Source of the DNA: Flaccisagitta enflata
Taxonomy: Eukaryota
NCBI GenBank assembly: GCA_965153355.1
Contig: OZ231126.1
Span: forward strand, 1,488,001-1,552,000
Direction of reading: 5' to 3'
Length of the DNA stretch: 64,000 nucleotides
The notes beneath the pieces were generated by a model. That model saw only the letters and a list, made by a program, of their open reading frames with translations. It had not been told where the DNA came from and ran no database searches. The position numbers and the translations under genes are program-made. This document shows, one piece after another, positions 1 through 12,513 of the stretch (position 1 is the stretch's first letter; each line of letters opens with the position of its first letter).

Positions 1-169
1 GGAAAGAAGGAGTATGTAGCCTGTTGGGCTTGTTTCTTCTTAAAAATTCTGAAAGAGACTGTGGAAACAAGTTGAAATCCATGTACATTGTACTTAGGAC
101 CCCATTAATACTGGAGTATGTCAATCTCGTAAAGTGTTGAAAACAATTAACATGCTCAGCCCCTGAGGT

Positions 170-1062
170 GACGGTATACGGTAAGGTCATACAACGAGAA
201 TGTGACACGGTTAGGACATGCTACAAGGTGCAACACGGTAAGGACATACTACGAGAATGTGAAATGGTTTGGCACCATCCGTCCAAACTACCGCCAGGTG
301 GTTTTTAGTATTACTCTGAATTTTCCGCTTTTATTTACTCAGGATGGACTTCCTGAACTAGGATCCAGCTTCAAAGAAATCTTTCTTGTGGCGCTTTTTG
401 AAAAAAATACAAAATTGATAATTTTTCATCTTATAATGCACCCAGGTCTTAGAGGGTTGTTAGAAAACCTTTTTAGATAGCATAATTGAATTCCGGATGA
501 AATTTCGTTTCATTTGATAGGTCGCACTATATATTTTTCAAAAGAGATCAAATTTTCAATTTTTTAGCCACCGTTACTTTTTGTAACGGTGGCTTAAAAA
601 TTAAAAATTTTATTTCTTCTCAAAAATATATAGTGCGACCTATCAAATGAAAGGAAATTTTATCAGGAATTCAGATATGCTATCTAAAAAGATCTTCCAA
701 CAACCTTAAAAATTCTGACTTCAAAATAAGAGAAAAAACAATCAATTTTGGATTTTTTTCAAAAGGCGCCAAAAGAAAGATTTTTTTGAAGCTGGATTCA
801 TGTTCAGGAGGTCCATATTGAGTGAAAACAAGCGGAAAATCCAGAGTAATACTGAAAACCACCTGGCGGTAGTTTGAACGGATGGTGTTGGACATACTAC
901 GAGGTGCAACGCGGTTAGGACATATTACGGGAATGTGACATGGTTAGGACATAGTACAAAGTGCGACACGGTTAGGGCATAGTACCAGAATGTGACACGG
1001 TTTGGACATACTACGAGGTGCAACGCGGTTAGGACAAAGTAGGAGGTGCGACACGTTAGACA
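170..1062. repeat. ~29-bp tandem minisatellite (TGTGACACGGTTAGGACATACTACGAGG-like), split by a MITE
   Basis: Degenerate units at about 170-272 resume at 888-1062. Confidence 0.8.
273..887. mobile_element. Palindromic (fold-back) MITE, 615 bp, 4-bp TSD TTGG
   Basis: Left end CACCATCCGTCCAAACTACCGCCAGGTGG; right end CCACCTGGCGGTAGTTTGAACGGATGGTG. The arms pair almost to the centre (AGCCACCGTTAC..GTAACGGTGGCT, about 566-595). TTGG lies at 269-272 and 888-891. Confidence 0.9.
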
Positions 1063-1145
1063 CGTCTCACTCCTTTCCAAAATTGCCTCACAAATTGTGG
1101 CTCCACTTTGGAAGAAGGAGTGATTACAGCCTGTAAACACTCGTC

Positions 1146-2103
1146 TTTTTCTTTTTCTTTTCCTTTTTCTTTTTCTTTTTCTTTTTCTTTTTCTATTTTT
1201 TTTTCTTTTTCTTTTTCTTTTTCTTTTTCATTTTCTTTTTCTTTTTCTTTTTCGATTTCTTTTCTCTCCTTTTTCTTTTAACTTAATCTTTATCTTCATC
1301 ATCATCTTCATCTTCATCATCATCATCATCATCATCTTCTTCTTCTTCTTCTTCTTCTTCTTCTTCTTCTTCTTCTTCTTCTTCTTTATCTTCATCTTTT
1401 TCTTCTTCTTCTTCATCTTCATCTTCATCTTCATCTTCATCTTCATCTTTTTCTTCTTCTTCTTCTTCTTCTTCTTCTTCTTCTTCTTCTTCTTCTTCTT
1501 CTTCTTCTTCTTCTTTTTCTTCTTCTTCTCCTTCTCCTTCTTCTTCTTCTTCTTCATCTTCTCCTGCTCTTCAATCTACCTCAGGTTTTTTTTCTTCTTC
1601 TTCTACTTCTTCTTCTTTTTCTTTTTCTTTTTCTTTTTCTTTTTCTTTTTCTTTTTCTTTTTCTTTTTCTTCTTCTTCTTCTTCTTCTGCTTCTCCTTCT
1701 CCTTCATCTTCTCTTTTTCTTCTTTTTCTTTTTCTTTTTCTTTTTTTTTTTCTTTTTCTTTTTCTTTTCCTTCTTCTTCTTCTCCTTCTTCTTCTTCTTC
1801 TTCTTCTTCTCCTCCTACTTCTTCTCCTCCTTCATGTTCTTCTTCTCCTTCTTCTTCTTCTTCTTCTTTTTCTTCTTCTTCTTCTTCTTCTTCTTCTTCT
1901 TCTTCTTCTTCTTCTTCTTCTTCTTCTTCTTCTTCTTCTTCTTCTTCTTGATATCCTCCCTCTCCTCCTGCTCTTCAATCTACCTCAGGTTTTTCTTCAC
2001 GTTGTTATTGCTCTCTTTTCATCATTTCTATTGCCTCCATTTTGATTCTCTTTGTGCGCTAACAGACTCGTTGTCATCATCAATGTCATTATCATTTCAT
2101 CAC

Positions 2104-2166
<63 letters not shown>

Positions 2167-2167
2167 T

Positions 2168-2213
<46 letters not shown>

Positions 2214-2257
2214 ATATTATGATAGTGATAATGATCGTCATCAATGTCATCAATATT

Positions 2258-2353
<96 letters not shown>
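1146..2353. repeat. Compound microsatellite (TTTTTC)n/(TTC)n/(CAT)n
   Basis: Read directly from the sequence. Confidence 0.95.
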
Positions 2354-2354
<1 letters not shown>

Positions 2355-2598
2355 AGCAACTGTTTCAAACTCATATGGTTGAGCCAAAAATGTTGCTTTG
2401 ATTTGTTGTGGAAGAAGGTTGAGCCAAAAATGTTGCTTTGATTTGTTGTGAAAGCACATGAAAAAGCAGCACATAATGAAAAAAACCAGCACCTTTCTTA
2501 TACACTTATCAAAAATTCAGAATTACAGTGGGACCTCAGGATAACGGTCTTGAAAGGACTGGATATTTTTGAAAAGGGGGACTGTTATCATGAAATTT

Positions 2599-2813
2599 AA
2601 CAAGGCCGGATACACGGCTACCCCAGTCGCGTGCGGGTGGGCAGTGGCCTTAATTGAGGTCACTTCATCATTTGGGCAGGTGCAGTGAGGCCAGAGACCG
2701 CAAAAAACAAAAAAAAGTAAAGTGTGACGGACAACAGACGGACCGACGGACAGACGGACCGATAGACAGACCGACAAAGCGGGGTGTAGAGTCGCAAAGA
2801 ACGCGACTAAAAA
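2599..2813 (-). mobile_element. DINE-1/Helentron-like non-autonomous element, family A
   Basis: On the - strand: T-run plus AGTCGCG..GCGACT hairpin, (GTCY)n microsatellite, 3' subterminal GCACGCGACT and GCCG-TGTATC-CGGC hairpin ending CTTGTT. No TSD. Confidence 0.8.
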
Positions 2814-3210
2814 TTTTTGTTTTTTCATCATGATATAAAAGATATGAAAAAATATCATATGTTATAGATAAAAAATACAAACAAGAAATTCAAAGGAAAT
2901 TTATAATAGTAATTTTTTATGATATTATTTACTAGTAATTGTTAACCAAGAAAGAAGCAGTGATGACTCTTTTTAGGGATCCAATGTTTTCAGCAACGCT
3001 CTTCTTTCCTACCTTTTTTCTCCATCTCTTTCTTCACCATGATCCCCTCGCAAATATTCCTCTCAGTTTTTTTTTCCTTTTCTCTTTACTTATATATGTC
3101 CTCCCAGCAAATTCCATGGTTTTCCTTTCTATTGTTAGCTTTCCTCATTTCTCATTCCTTTTCACTCTTTTTTTGCGTCTAAATTCAGGTTTTCAGGCGC
3201 CAAACAACCA

Positions 3211-3845
3211 CTCTGTCTCTTTTAACTCTGTCTCTTTTAACTCTGTCTCTTTTAACTCTGTCTCTTTTAACTCTATCTCTTTTAACTCTGTCTGTTGTAA
3301 CTCTGTCTCTTTTAATTCTGTCTCTTTTTAACTCTGTCTCTTTTAAGTCTGTCTCTTTTAATTCTGTCTCTTTTAACTCTGTCTCTTTTAACTCTGTCTC
3401 TTTTCACTCTGTCTGTTTTAACTCTGTCTCTTTTAACTCTGTCTATTTTGACTCTGTCTCTTTTTACTCTGTCTCCTTTGACTCTGTCTCTTTTCACTCT
3501 GTCTCTTTTAACTCTGTCTCCTTTAACTCTGTCTGTTTTAACTCTGTCTCTTTTCACTCTGTCTCCTTTGACTCTGTCTCTTTTAACTCTGTCTCTTTTA
3601 ACTCTGTCTCATTTAACTCTGTCTCTTTTAACTCTGTCTCTTTCAACTCTGTCTCTTTTAACTCTGTCTCTTTTAACTCTGTCTCCTTTAACTCTGTCTC
3701 TTTTAACTCTGTCTCTTTTAACTCTGTCTCTTTTAACTCTGTCTCTTTTAACTCTGTCTCTTTTAACTCTGTCTCTTTTAACTCTGTCTCTTTTAACTCT
3801 GTCTCTTTTAATTCTGTCTCTTTTAACTCTGCCTCTTTCAAATCT
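3211..3845. repeat. 15-bp minisatellite (ACTCTGTCTCTTTTA)n
   Basis: About 40 near-identical units. Confidence 0.95.
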
Positions 3846-4425
3846 GTCAGTTTTATCTCTGTCTCTCATAACACTCTTTCTGTCTCTCTGAACTCACATT
3901 GTCTTATGTCTCTCTAAACTCGGTTAGCGTCTCCCTGTCTCTCTAAGAGTCTCTAAGAGTCTTAACTCAAGAGTGTCTTTCTGTCTCTCTTAACTTAGAG
4001 TGCCTTCTTCTCCATCATAACTCAAAATTTCTCTCTGTCTTTTTAACTCCAAGTGTCTATCTCTTTGTCTCTCTTAACTCAGAGTGTGTCTGTCTCTCCT
4101 AACAGAAATTGTCTCTCTGTCTCTCTCAACTCGCAGTGGCTCTCTGTCTCTCTCTTATTTAGATTGTCTCTCTGTCTCTCTCAAACCACAGTGTCTCTCT
4201 GTCTCTCTGAACTCCAAGTGTGGCTTTGTCTTTCTGTACTCTTAGTGTCTCTCTGTCTCTCTTCAAACTCTCTATCTCTGTCTTTCTTTACTGTCTCCTG
4301 TTTATCTCGATCTATCTTCGCTCTTTCTCTCTATCCAATATATATCTGAGACTATTTCATTACCTCTCTTTCCTTCTCTCTATCTCTTTCTCTCTCTCTC
4401 TCTCTTTCTCTTTCTCTTTCTCTCC

Positions 4426-4526
<101 letters not shown>

Positions 4527-4626
4527 CTTTTTAGAAAATACTTAAAAAACTGGTGCCGCAAATTCTCTGAAATCTGGAATAACCACTGACTGCTTGTTAT
4601 GCTGTGCTGTGTTTCATGTTTGCGGT

Positions 4627-4719
<93 letters not shown>

Positions 4720-4988
4720 GAAACAGAGAGACAGAGTTATCAAGATAGTTAGTCACACAGACAGAAACACAGTGATAGCGGGTATAAATATTCTCCTCGT
4801 GGCAGAATCTTCTCATATATGAAGTCAAAAGCGAGATTGAATGAGAAAATCTCTATTATCCTATCTTTTGTTGAGCCTCTGGAGGATGGGCCAGTTAGAA
4901 GAGCCTTAACTCAGTCTTACATCATTCTCAACTTGACGCCCATAAAGAGCTCTTCAAGCCTCATCAAGAAACGGAGGAGGAGGAAATG

Positions 4989-5450
4989 GTGAGGATTTGG
5001 GTTGTGAGGACAGGCGTTAGTTAGCAGGGACATGGGCAGGTGAGGACAGGAGTTAGCAGGGATGGGGGTTGGTGAGGACAGGAGTTAGCATGGACAGGGG
5101 TTAATGAGAATAGGAATTAGTTAGCAGGGATGTGGGCTGGTGAAAACAGGAGTTACCAGGGTCGGGGGTTGGTGAGAATAGGAGTTAGCAGGGACAGAGG
5201 TTGGTGAGGACAGGAGTCTGTTTGCATGGATGTGGGCTTGTGAGAACAGGAGTTACCAGGGTTGTGGGTTGGTGAGTTTATTAGTTAGCAGGGACAGGGG
5301 TCGGTGTGGACAGGAGTTAGCAGGGACAAGGGTTGGCGAGGACAGAGATTAGTTAGCAGGGACGTGGGCTGGTGAAGACAGGAGTAAGCAGGGACGGGGG
5401 TTGGTGAGGACAGGAGTTAGCAGGGACAGGGGTTGGTGAGGTCAGGAGTC
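4989..5450. repeat. ~32-36-bp minisatellite (GGTGAGGACAGGAGTTAGCAGGGACAGGGGTT)n
   Basis: About 13 degenerate units. Confidence 0.85.
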
Positions 5451-6322
5451 TGTTGGCGGGGAAGGAGGTGGATGGAGAGTTGGAGACAGAAGCTGGCAAG
5501 TACTTACGTAATAAACCAAAGATCTCAAGAGCGTTAGTTGGTGAGGCAGAGGGGTTGGTTGGTTAATTGGCTGGTTGTTTGATTAGTACAATAGTAGGAC
5601 TTCTTTGGGTTAGGCAGGTCCATAAGTCAGTGGAGTAGATGGACGGGGTTTAGAATGGTGATTTTTTGGAGCCATGGGTTGATGAGGTTGGTGAGGAGGT
5701 GGTTGGAATTTTGACAATGAGGTCATTTGGGCCAATCTAGACTCTAAAAGGGAAAAAGAGGCAAGAAACGCTTCAGACACTTCCTCCCGCCTTTTCCACA
5801 TAATCAACGCCAACACAACCTCATTTGTCCCAACAAAGTCATTTGCATAATTAAGCAAAAGCAGATAAAAACCAGTCTCGTTTTCTAGAAGAGAAGATAA
5901 ATGGGAAAATTGAGCTCAGAAATGGAACATCCTTGAAAAGGACAGAGAGAGAGAGAGAGAGAGAAAGAAAGAGATGTAAAAACCCAGACAGACACGCAGC
6001 GAAAGAGTCATGAAGTGGGAAAAACGGTTGCTGGGACAAAGGGACAGGCAGACACACAAAGACCGTCCAACATAAATGATGGTCGGACAGACAGTCAAGC
6101 AGACGAACAGACAGACGCATAAGGATTACGCTATTTTGGGTCTGCAAAGGTCCAAGAGGTTATTGAATTTAATCCAATCTTGGATATTTCCATTAGCTGA
6201 TGGAAATACAAATGTATTTTATTTACAGTTGAACTCCGCAATAACGGATGCCAAGGGAGCAACAAATTATAACCATTATAAACCAATATCTGTTATTGCC
6301 ATATAAGAAATTCAAAGAAATA

Positions 6323-6498
6323 CAGTTGAACCCCGCTCTAACGGATCTCAAGGGACCAAAAGTTTTCTTCTGTTATAGGCGGACTTCTGTTATTGCCAAC
6401 AAAGGAAAAAAAGAAATTAACTTGAAGGGACCATGAATTTGTGTCTGTTTTAGGCAGAATTCCGTTGGTGGCGGGTCCGTTAGAGCGGGGTTCAACTG
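6323..6498. mobile_element. Tc1/mariner(pogo)-type MITE with TA TSD, nested in an older relative (6226 to about 6560)
   Basis: Perfect 23-bp TIR CAGTTGAACCCCGCTCTAACGGA; TA at 6321-6322 and 6499-6500. The outer copy begins TA|CAGTTGAACTCCGCAATAACGGA at 6226. Confidence 0.9.
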
Positions 6499-6686
6499 TA
6501 GTATTAAAGATTCTCTATCTGATATGGGCAGATTTTCGTTACTCTGGGATCCGGTTTAACATTCATCAAGGTTGATGTTGAGTACTTAAAACCTTCTCAC
6601 CTTCCTCCAGGCCTGTATACTATCTTCACAAATAAAATCTTTCTGCATATCTTAACATACATCTCTGGTTATTTTGGACTAATTCT

Positions 6687-6945
6687 AAAAAAATTGGTGA
6701 CGAGATTAAAGCTCTGCAAATTTGCAAGCAGTCTGCGCAAATTTCATCTCTCTAACTCAACGCGTTCAAAAGTTATTCAACTTTGAATGAAATATTTCAA
6801 TTTCGCCTTTGCCATTCCACACAATCTTTAAATGATATCACTTCACACTTTTCTTTGTTACTTCTAAACGCATTGAGCTAAACAGATGCGGTTTGCGTAG
6901 ACCGCTTGCAAATTTGAAGGGCTTCATTTATGTCACCTATTTTTC
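6687..6945. mobile_element. Degenerate inverted-repeat element (MITE core)
   Basis: About 6687-6770 pairs imperfectly with about 6861-6945 (GGTGAC..CAAATTTGCAAGC / GCTTGCAAATTTG..GTCACC). Confidence 0.6.
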
Positions 6946-6999
6946 CCTGATTTGTTGAGTCTCTTTAGAGCTTTAAGTAGAAACGTAGAGAAATAGCAG

Positions 7000-7125
7000 A
7001 TCAAGAAAATGGCGTGAATGGTTTGGGAGAGCATCACTTAAGAGTACCTGAAGAAGATCAAGGAATCGCTACCTGAAAAAATGGCGGCCGTAATTCAGTC
7101 AGGGGATGAACACAAGTATTATTGA
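7000..7125 (+). pseudogene. Tc1-like transposase C-terminal remnant
   Basis: Translates IKKMA*MVWESIT*EYLKKIKESLPEKMAAVIQSGDEHKYY, resembling the Tc1 C-terminal W..I....L..SMP.R..AVI...G..TKY pattern; two in-frame stops. Confidence 0.55.
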
Positions 7126-7897
7126 TTGCCTTGCGATCAACTGGTATTCCTTAACTAGTCAACAAACACGCTCATTTTCGAAGTGGAAAGATTTTTTTTG
7201 TGAAGATAGTACATATAGCTGAGTTTTCAAAGGGTCCGGAGATGGGGAGGTAAATCAAAGAGAGAAAAAAGAAAAAAAAAAGAAAATTTGGGGAAAATAT
7301 AACTTTTGACAGTATCAAATCATAAAGACTAGTTAGTAAAACACAATTTAACGCTTTTTAAAACTTAACTACACTGTGTTAGGTTGCAGTGCACCGGAAC
7401 AGCAAATTTGGAAAATCGTTATGCTTGAAATTCTTAATCTCTCTCGAATGCAATATTTTGCATTTCTAAGGACATGGCTCCTTTCTTATAAGTCTTTAAA
7501 AGAGAGCGATGTTTTCAGAAATGCAGATTTATGCATTAAGAGACAGATTAAGAATTTTCTTTTTTTTTTCTCTCAATTTTTCCAACTGATTTTGAACACA
7601 TCAATGATTCTCAATGCAAATAAATAGATAATCTCTACTGAAAATATGATTTCTTTTTAGAATATTATGAATCCATCATTTTTTTTTCTAGAATATGATT
7701 TGACCGTGAAAATTGCCCCTTTATGTGTACCTTGACTTAAAGCTTTATGGAGATGAAAATCATAGATTTTAGAATGCGACGGTCGCGTCGCGGGGAAGAA
7801 AATCAAAGGCAGGTGGGGGGGGGGAAGAATCAAATGCGGGTCAATTACATACACACCTGATTTCTTCTTGTTTCTCCTCTTTTACGTTTTTAAGCAG

Positions 7898-8060
7898 GAT
7901 TCGAGGATTTCCTGAGCATCTCGAGCGGCCGCCGACCTTCGCTGGCGTCTCGAGAGCTGCTCCTGGAAGCATTTCCGGTGGAAGTCGTCGATGCGGCAAC
8001 TTCAAGTCCCCCAAGTCCCTCGACAACGCCAGCACTCAGCAGATCCGTCTCACTCAGACA
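7898..8060 (+). CDS. Host gene, internal exon A (unknown low-complexity protein; 5' exons not identified)
   Basis: Polypyrimidine tract plus AAG-CAG| acceptor and CA|GTGAGG donor. Open frame (G)FEDFLSISSGRRPSLASRELLLEAFPVEVVDAATSSPPSPSTTPALSRSVSLRQ. The phase-2 end fits the next exon. Confidence 0.7.
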
Positions 8061-8469
8061 GTGAGGATGAATGAGAGAGAGAGAGAGACAGAGAGACAGA
8101 GAGAGAGAGAGACAGAGAGAGAGAAAGGTCATGGTGGACGTCCATAGTCAAGTTTGCTTCTGAACGCGAATGCCGCAGAACATCTCGTTCAGATTCCGAA
8201 AGGCGATTCATTGTCTTCAAGGGGTCTTTTATCTTCTAGTAAGGAAGCTTCTGAGAATCTTTTCGCTTCCAAGTAGTTCAATATAAGCCCACTAAGAAAA
8301 CACACTTTTTCATAGAAAAGTTCTCTATCGAAGAGATATGACTCAAAATCATAAAACTAGATGGTCCATGACAAAAATTTGGCCATGGGTCTTCTATAAA
8401 GTGTGCCCGCCACATACCCCATTTCCCATTATAAAAGATAGAAGGCTCTGCAGACCAAAATCCTCCTGT

Positions 8470-8800
8470 ACATTTCCTATGGGATCTATATACATGATTT
8501 CGAGCAAGATTCCTTGGATAGAGAGCCTCGCCATGAAAAAGCGTTTTTTTATAGTGGGCTATTCAATATCTATTCACATAACAGTCGATATTTCAGCAGG
8601 TCGGGAATTTTTATATCTTTCAAAATCCATGGACACCAAAACCACTCCACTAATAACAATTGGTATAACCAGGCATTCACAGTTCCACATTCGGCCCAGT
8701 TCCAGTCTCAGGCCATTATATTTGGTGATTTTCTCCTGTTCCTTTTTTGGAAACATTGATCGAGAAAGGGGTATCCCAGATAATCTCCACATTTTTCAAT
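8470..8800 (-). pseudogene. Remnant of the restriction-like endonuclease (REL) C-terminus of an R2/R4/NeSL-type non-LTR retrotransposon
   Basis: VEIIWD in one frame, then KKEQEKITKYNGLRLELGRMWNCECLVIPIVISG in another. This matches the K..EK..KY..L..E...W....V.P.V.G REL signature; frameshifted and internally deleted. Confidence 0.7.
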
Positions 8801-8811
8801 GATATGACTTC

Positions 8812-8872
<61 letters not shown>

Positions 8873-9646
8873 CAGAGAAAGATAGAACGACAGACAGAAA
8901 GATGGACAGACATTCAGACCCAACGATATACAGACAGACAGACAAACGGATGTGAAGACCGACGGCCAAAAAGAGGGACAGACAGACAGAGAGAAAGATG
9001 AACTCGCAGACCAAAACAACGAAAGAAAGGTAACACCTGTACACTTATTATTGTCAAAAGATCAAACAACTGTCAAATCTGAACGGAGATATTTAGCTAC
9101 ATGCCGATTTTTCGACCAGTTAGAGCATGAAAAAATCTTAATTTTGCTCATGAATTTTACTTTGATTTCTTCGATAAAAATCTAATTAGATCAAAAACAG
9201 TAAAAGCATTGCCTCTGCAAATTGTGGCAAAATTACCAGAAAAACCTAATCTTCTTCAGATGCTCACCAAATCTTTATGAAGATAGATAATCAGATGCGG
9301 ATTTCACGACTAAAAAGCTTATGAAAAGTTTTTTATTTTGCCCATAGATTTCAATTGATTTTGAGAAAATGAAGGTTTTCAAAATTCAAACCAAAGTTGT
9401 GGAAAAATTGGAACCTGAGTGTTGCTTGCTAGTTGTCCAGAGGTGATAAAGTACAAAACTAGCAACCAAATTGGAAAAAAGTATAAAAGATAATGTGGGT
9501 CATTATGAGAAATACTCAAATAATATCAAATATCAGAGATTTGCATTGTTTTCCACCAGCATTGGCAAGGTATCTATACTTATATCATTACTGTGACAAT
9601 AATTAGTGGACAGGTGTTAGATAGTAAATAGATAGATAGATAGATA

Positions 9647-10025
9647 ACAGGGTGTGCAAAAAATTTTGCACAGATGCTGAAGCATACAGGATGTAAACAA
9701 GGCCGGATACACGGCCACCAGTTGCTGACGGGTGGGCAGGGGCGGAAATGAGCGTTTCCTCACTTTACGACTTGTGTCCACGGACCAACGGACCGACGGA
9801 CCGACTGACAAACCGACCGATGGACTGACAAAGCCTCTTAAAGAGTTGCGTGTCCGCAACTAAAAACATGCTTTTACTTGGCTCAGTTTTACAAACATTT
9901 TATCATAGTATATAGTTACTGCAGGGATACTTCAATTCAAATTCTATTACAGTAAGCCATCTGTAAGGATAGTTTTTTTGTTTTGTAAGCTTGAGTACCA
10001 GCGCAAATTTTTTTGCACACCCTGT
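9647..10025. mobile_element. Tc1/mariner-type MITE (TIR ACAGGGTGTGCAAAAAA, TA TSD) inserted in (GATA)n
   Basis: TA|ACAGGGTGTGCAAAAAA ... TTTTTTGCACACCCTGT|TA. Confidence 0.85.
9696..9866 (-). mobile_element. DINE-1/Helentron-like element, family A variant, nested in the MITE
   Basis: 5' TTTTTAGTTGCGGACACGCAACT, GTCY tract, 3' GCAACT plus GGCCG-TGTATC-CGGCC-TTGTT. Confidence 0.8.
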
Positions 10026-10162
10026 TAGAAGGATAGATAGATAGATAGAAATATGGATAGTTATATAAACAATATGATCATGAGGGACAATTCTTCATTT
10101 TCAATTCTTTATTTTCTTTTTTTTTTTCAACTCATGATTCAATTTTTTTCCATTCTCCTCAG

Positions 10163-10920
10163 ACGTCGTAGTTGTCCATTCAGCAACACCATCAAACTTC
10201 GACGTCCACTTCCGATTGTCAAGGACGGCGCCAACTCGATCCTCGCTGGCGCTAATTCAGTCCTCACCGGCGCCAATTCAGTCCTCACCGGCGCCACCTC
10301 GGCGTCTGATGCAGCCGCCGCCTCCAAAGTCGAGGATCCCTTGCAACGGCCCGTCAACGACGCCAGCATCGACGTCTTCGTCGACGCCGGAACGCCTTCG
10401 GATCCGGAAGAAGACGACAACGACGGCGGAAATGACGGCGCCGGAAAAAGGAAAGACGGCGATCGGCGCCGAGTCATCAACGCCGATGATCATCGTCCCG
10501 TCAACGGCGATGAAGCAACAGGAGGAGGAGGAGGAGGAGGAGGAGCAGCAGCAGCAGCAGGAGGAGCGGAGATCGACGCCGACCGTCTTCAATTGGGATT
10601 GACGCGTCGATTTCGTTACAGCAGCGTATACGCGCCTTCGTCTTCCGCGTCAACACCGACTTCCGGTTTGGCAGCGCCTATTTCCGGTTACGCTTCCGCT
10701 TCGGCGCCGGGATCCGCCTACGCCTCGCCGCGCGCGTCTTCCACGTTCCCACGAGCGCCGCCACCACCACCTTCATTTGGCGTGTCTTATACGATGCCAC
10801 CGTGCTATGGAGCAGGAGGAGGAGGAAGAGGAGGTGGAGGAGGAGGAGGAGGAGGAGGAGGAGAAGAAGAGGATGGAATGGTGTTTACGTTCAACGAGCG
10901 TGACAGATTGAAACTGCGAG
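10163..10920 (+). CDS. Host gene, internal exon B
   Basis: GC-rich block inside ORF 10053-11081, with a TTCTCCTCAG| acceptor and GAG|GTAGGC donor. Encodes RRSCPFSNTIKLRRPLP...GMVFTFNERDRLKLR; the phase-1 end fits the next exon. Confidence 0.8.
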
Positions 10921-11254
10921 GTAGGCCAATTCTTATGTGCTCAGTTGACGGTTTTGCAATCTTCTTTCAGATTTTTGTGGTCAGGACTGAATCCATTACA
11001 ACTCCGAGATTTTTGCCAATCGAAAGCGCTCATTTGAAAACAAACTGTCCCACATTGGAAATGGTACTCTCGTTTTCCTAAGCAAATTGTAATTTTTTTT
11101 CCCTTTCTACTGTAGATTTAGTTGTCTGATGTTATTGTCTGATCTGTGTTTACATGTTAAGCACGAATAAAAGCTCATATATATATAAGGGGAACCCAAA
11201 GCTCATCTAGTTCTATGCACTCTTTACTGTAACCTACACTTGTTTTATTAACAG

Positions 11255-11444
11255 TGGCAAAAAGTGCCGAAGGTACGACATCGGCGTCGGCATCGGCATC
11301 CGCATTGGCGCCTGGATTGACTGAAAGTACGGCCAGCGTCAGCAGCAGCACGCTATCGATCCGGCCAGAAGACGCAGGAAGAAGCAATTCCGTCACAGTC
11401 AATATGGCAACCATCGGAATACCCAAAAGTAGCTGTCAGAGGCG
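11255..11444 (+). CDS. Host gene, internal exon C
   Basis: TTATTAACAG| acceptor and CG|GTGAGG donor. Encodes (V)AKSAEGTTSASASASALAPG...GIPKSSCQR(R); phases match both neighbours. Confidence 0.8.
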
Positions 11445-11451
11445 GTGAGGG

Positions 11452-11730
<279 letters not shown>

Positions 11731-12513
11731 GTTTTCACAGACTTTATAGCGATTCTGCGATGTCAGCACTCTTAACCTAATTTGCATAATGCAGTTATAA
11801 AGAAATTTCTCAAGCATATAGAAAAAAATAGAATTTGGAGCCAACTATGATTTGAATAATCAATTTTTGTGGTCAAATATAATGCCATTATTAATCATTG
11901 AGCAATCTTGCACGTAACATAGTAATTACAAAAAAATTTAACGCTGATTGGATCTGAGTTGATAGAATTGATCTTTGATATTCAATATTTAAAAAGAGCC
12001 CGCTTCGTAGAGATTTTCCTTTTTGCAATAAGTTAACAACGGCCGAAAGCTCGGCAGTAGTCCCTCTGCTGCAAATTTGGCGATTTGATCGCTGTTTCTG
12101 GCGAATTATGGGACCTACAGGCGATAAGAATTTCTCATCTAGCTCCTAGCGAATTATCTAGCGATTTTTTTCGAAGCCCCTAGCAAATCCAGCAAATTTT
12201 AGTGAATTTTAGCGAATTTCAGCTAATTCTCTCCAATTTGGCTGTATATTTATCCAATTTTAGGCTTTCTCCTATTTTGTATGGGAAAATTGCTGATTCC
12301 CGATGAGAAATAGGAATCAGCATTCACTTATCCCACTGGGCAACTCGAGACCTATTGTTTTTTTTTCTCCCAACTATCATGCTCTCTACTCAGGGTCCTC
12401 TAGAAGCCTTTACACCCTATACAAATTATAGGGGCCTGGGCCTCAGGGGGACCTGGAGGGCCCCCTCAATTGTCATAGAAATGAAGAGGAAAGAAAAGGG
12501 AAAAAGAAGAGGG

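Noticed and set aside
2599-2813. Family A repeats as tRNA-derived SINEs
   Set aside because: No Pol III A/B boxes, tail or TSD. Subterminal inverted repeats, a GTCY tract, a 3' hairpin and T-run insertion fit DINE-1/Helentron better.
4871-4988. Upstream exon of the host gene ending ATG|GTGAGG
   Set aside because: The frame needed to join exon A contains a TGA, the acceptor is weak, and GTGAGGA is part of the adjacent minisatellite unit.
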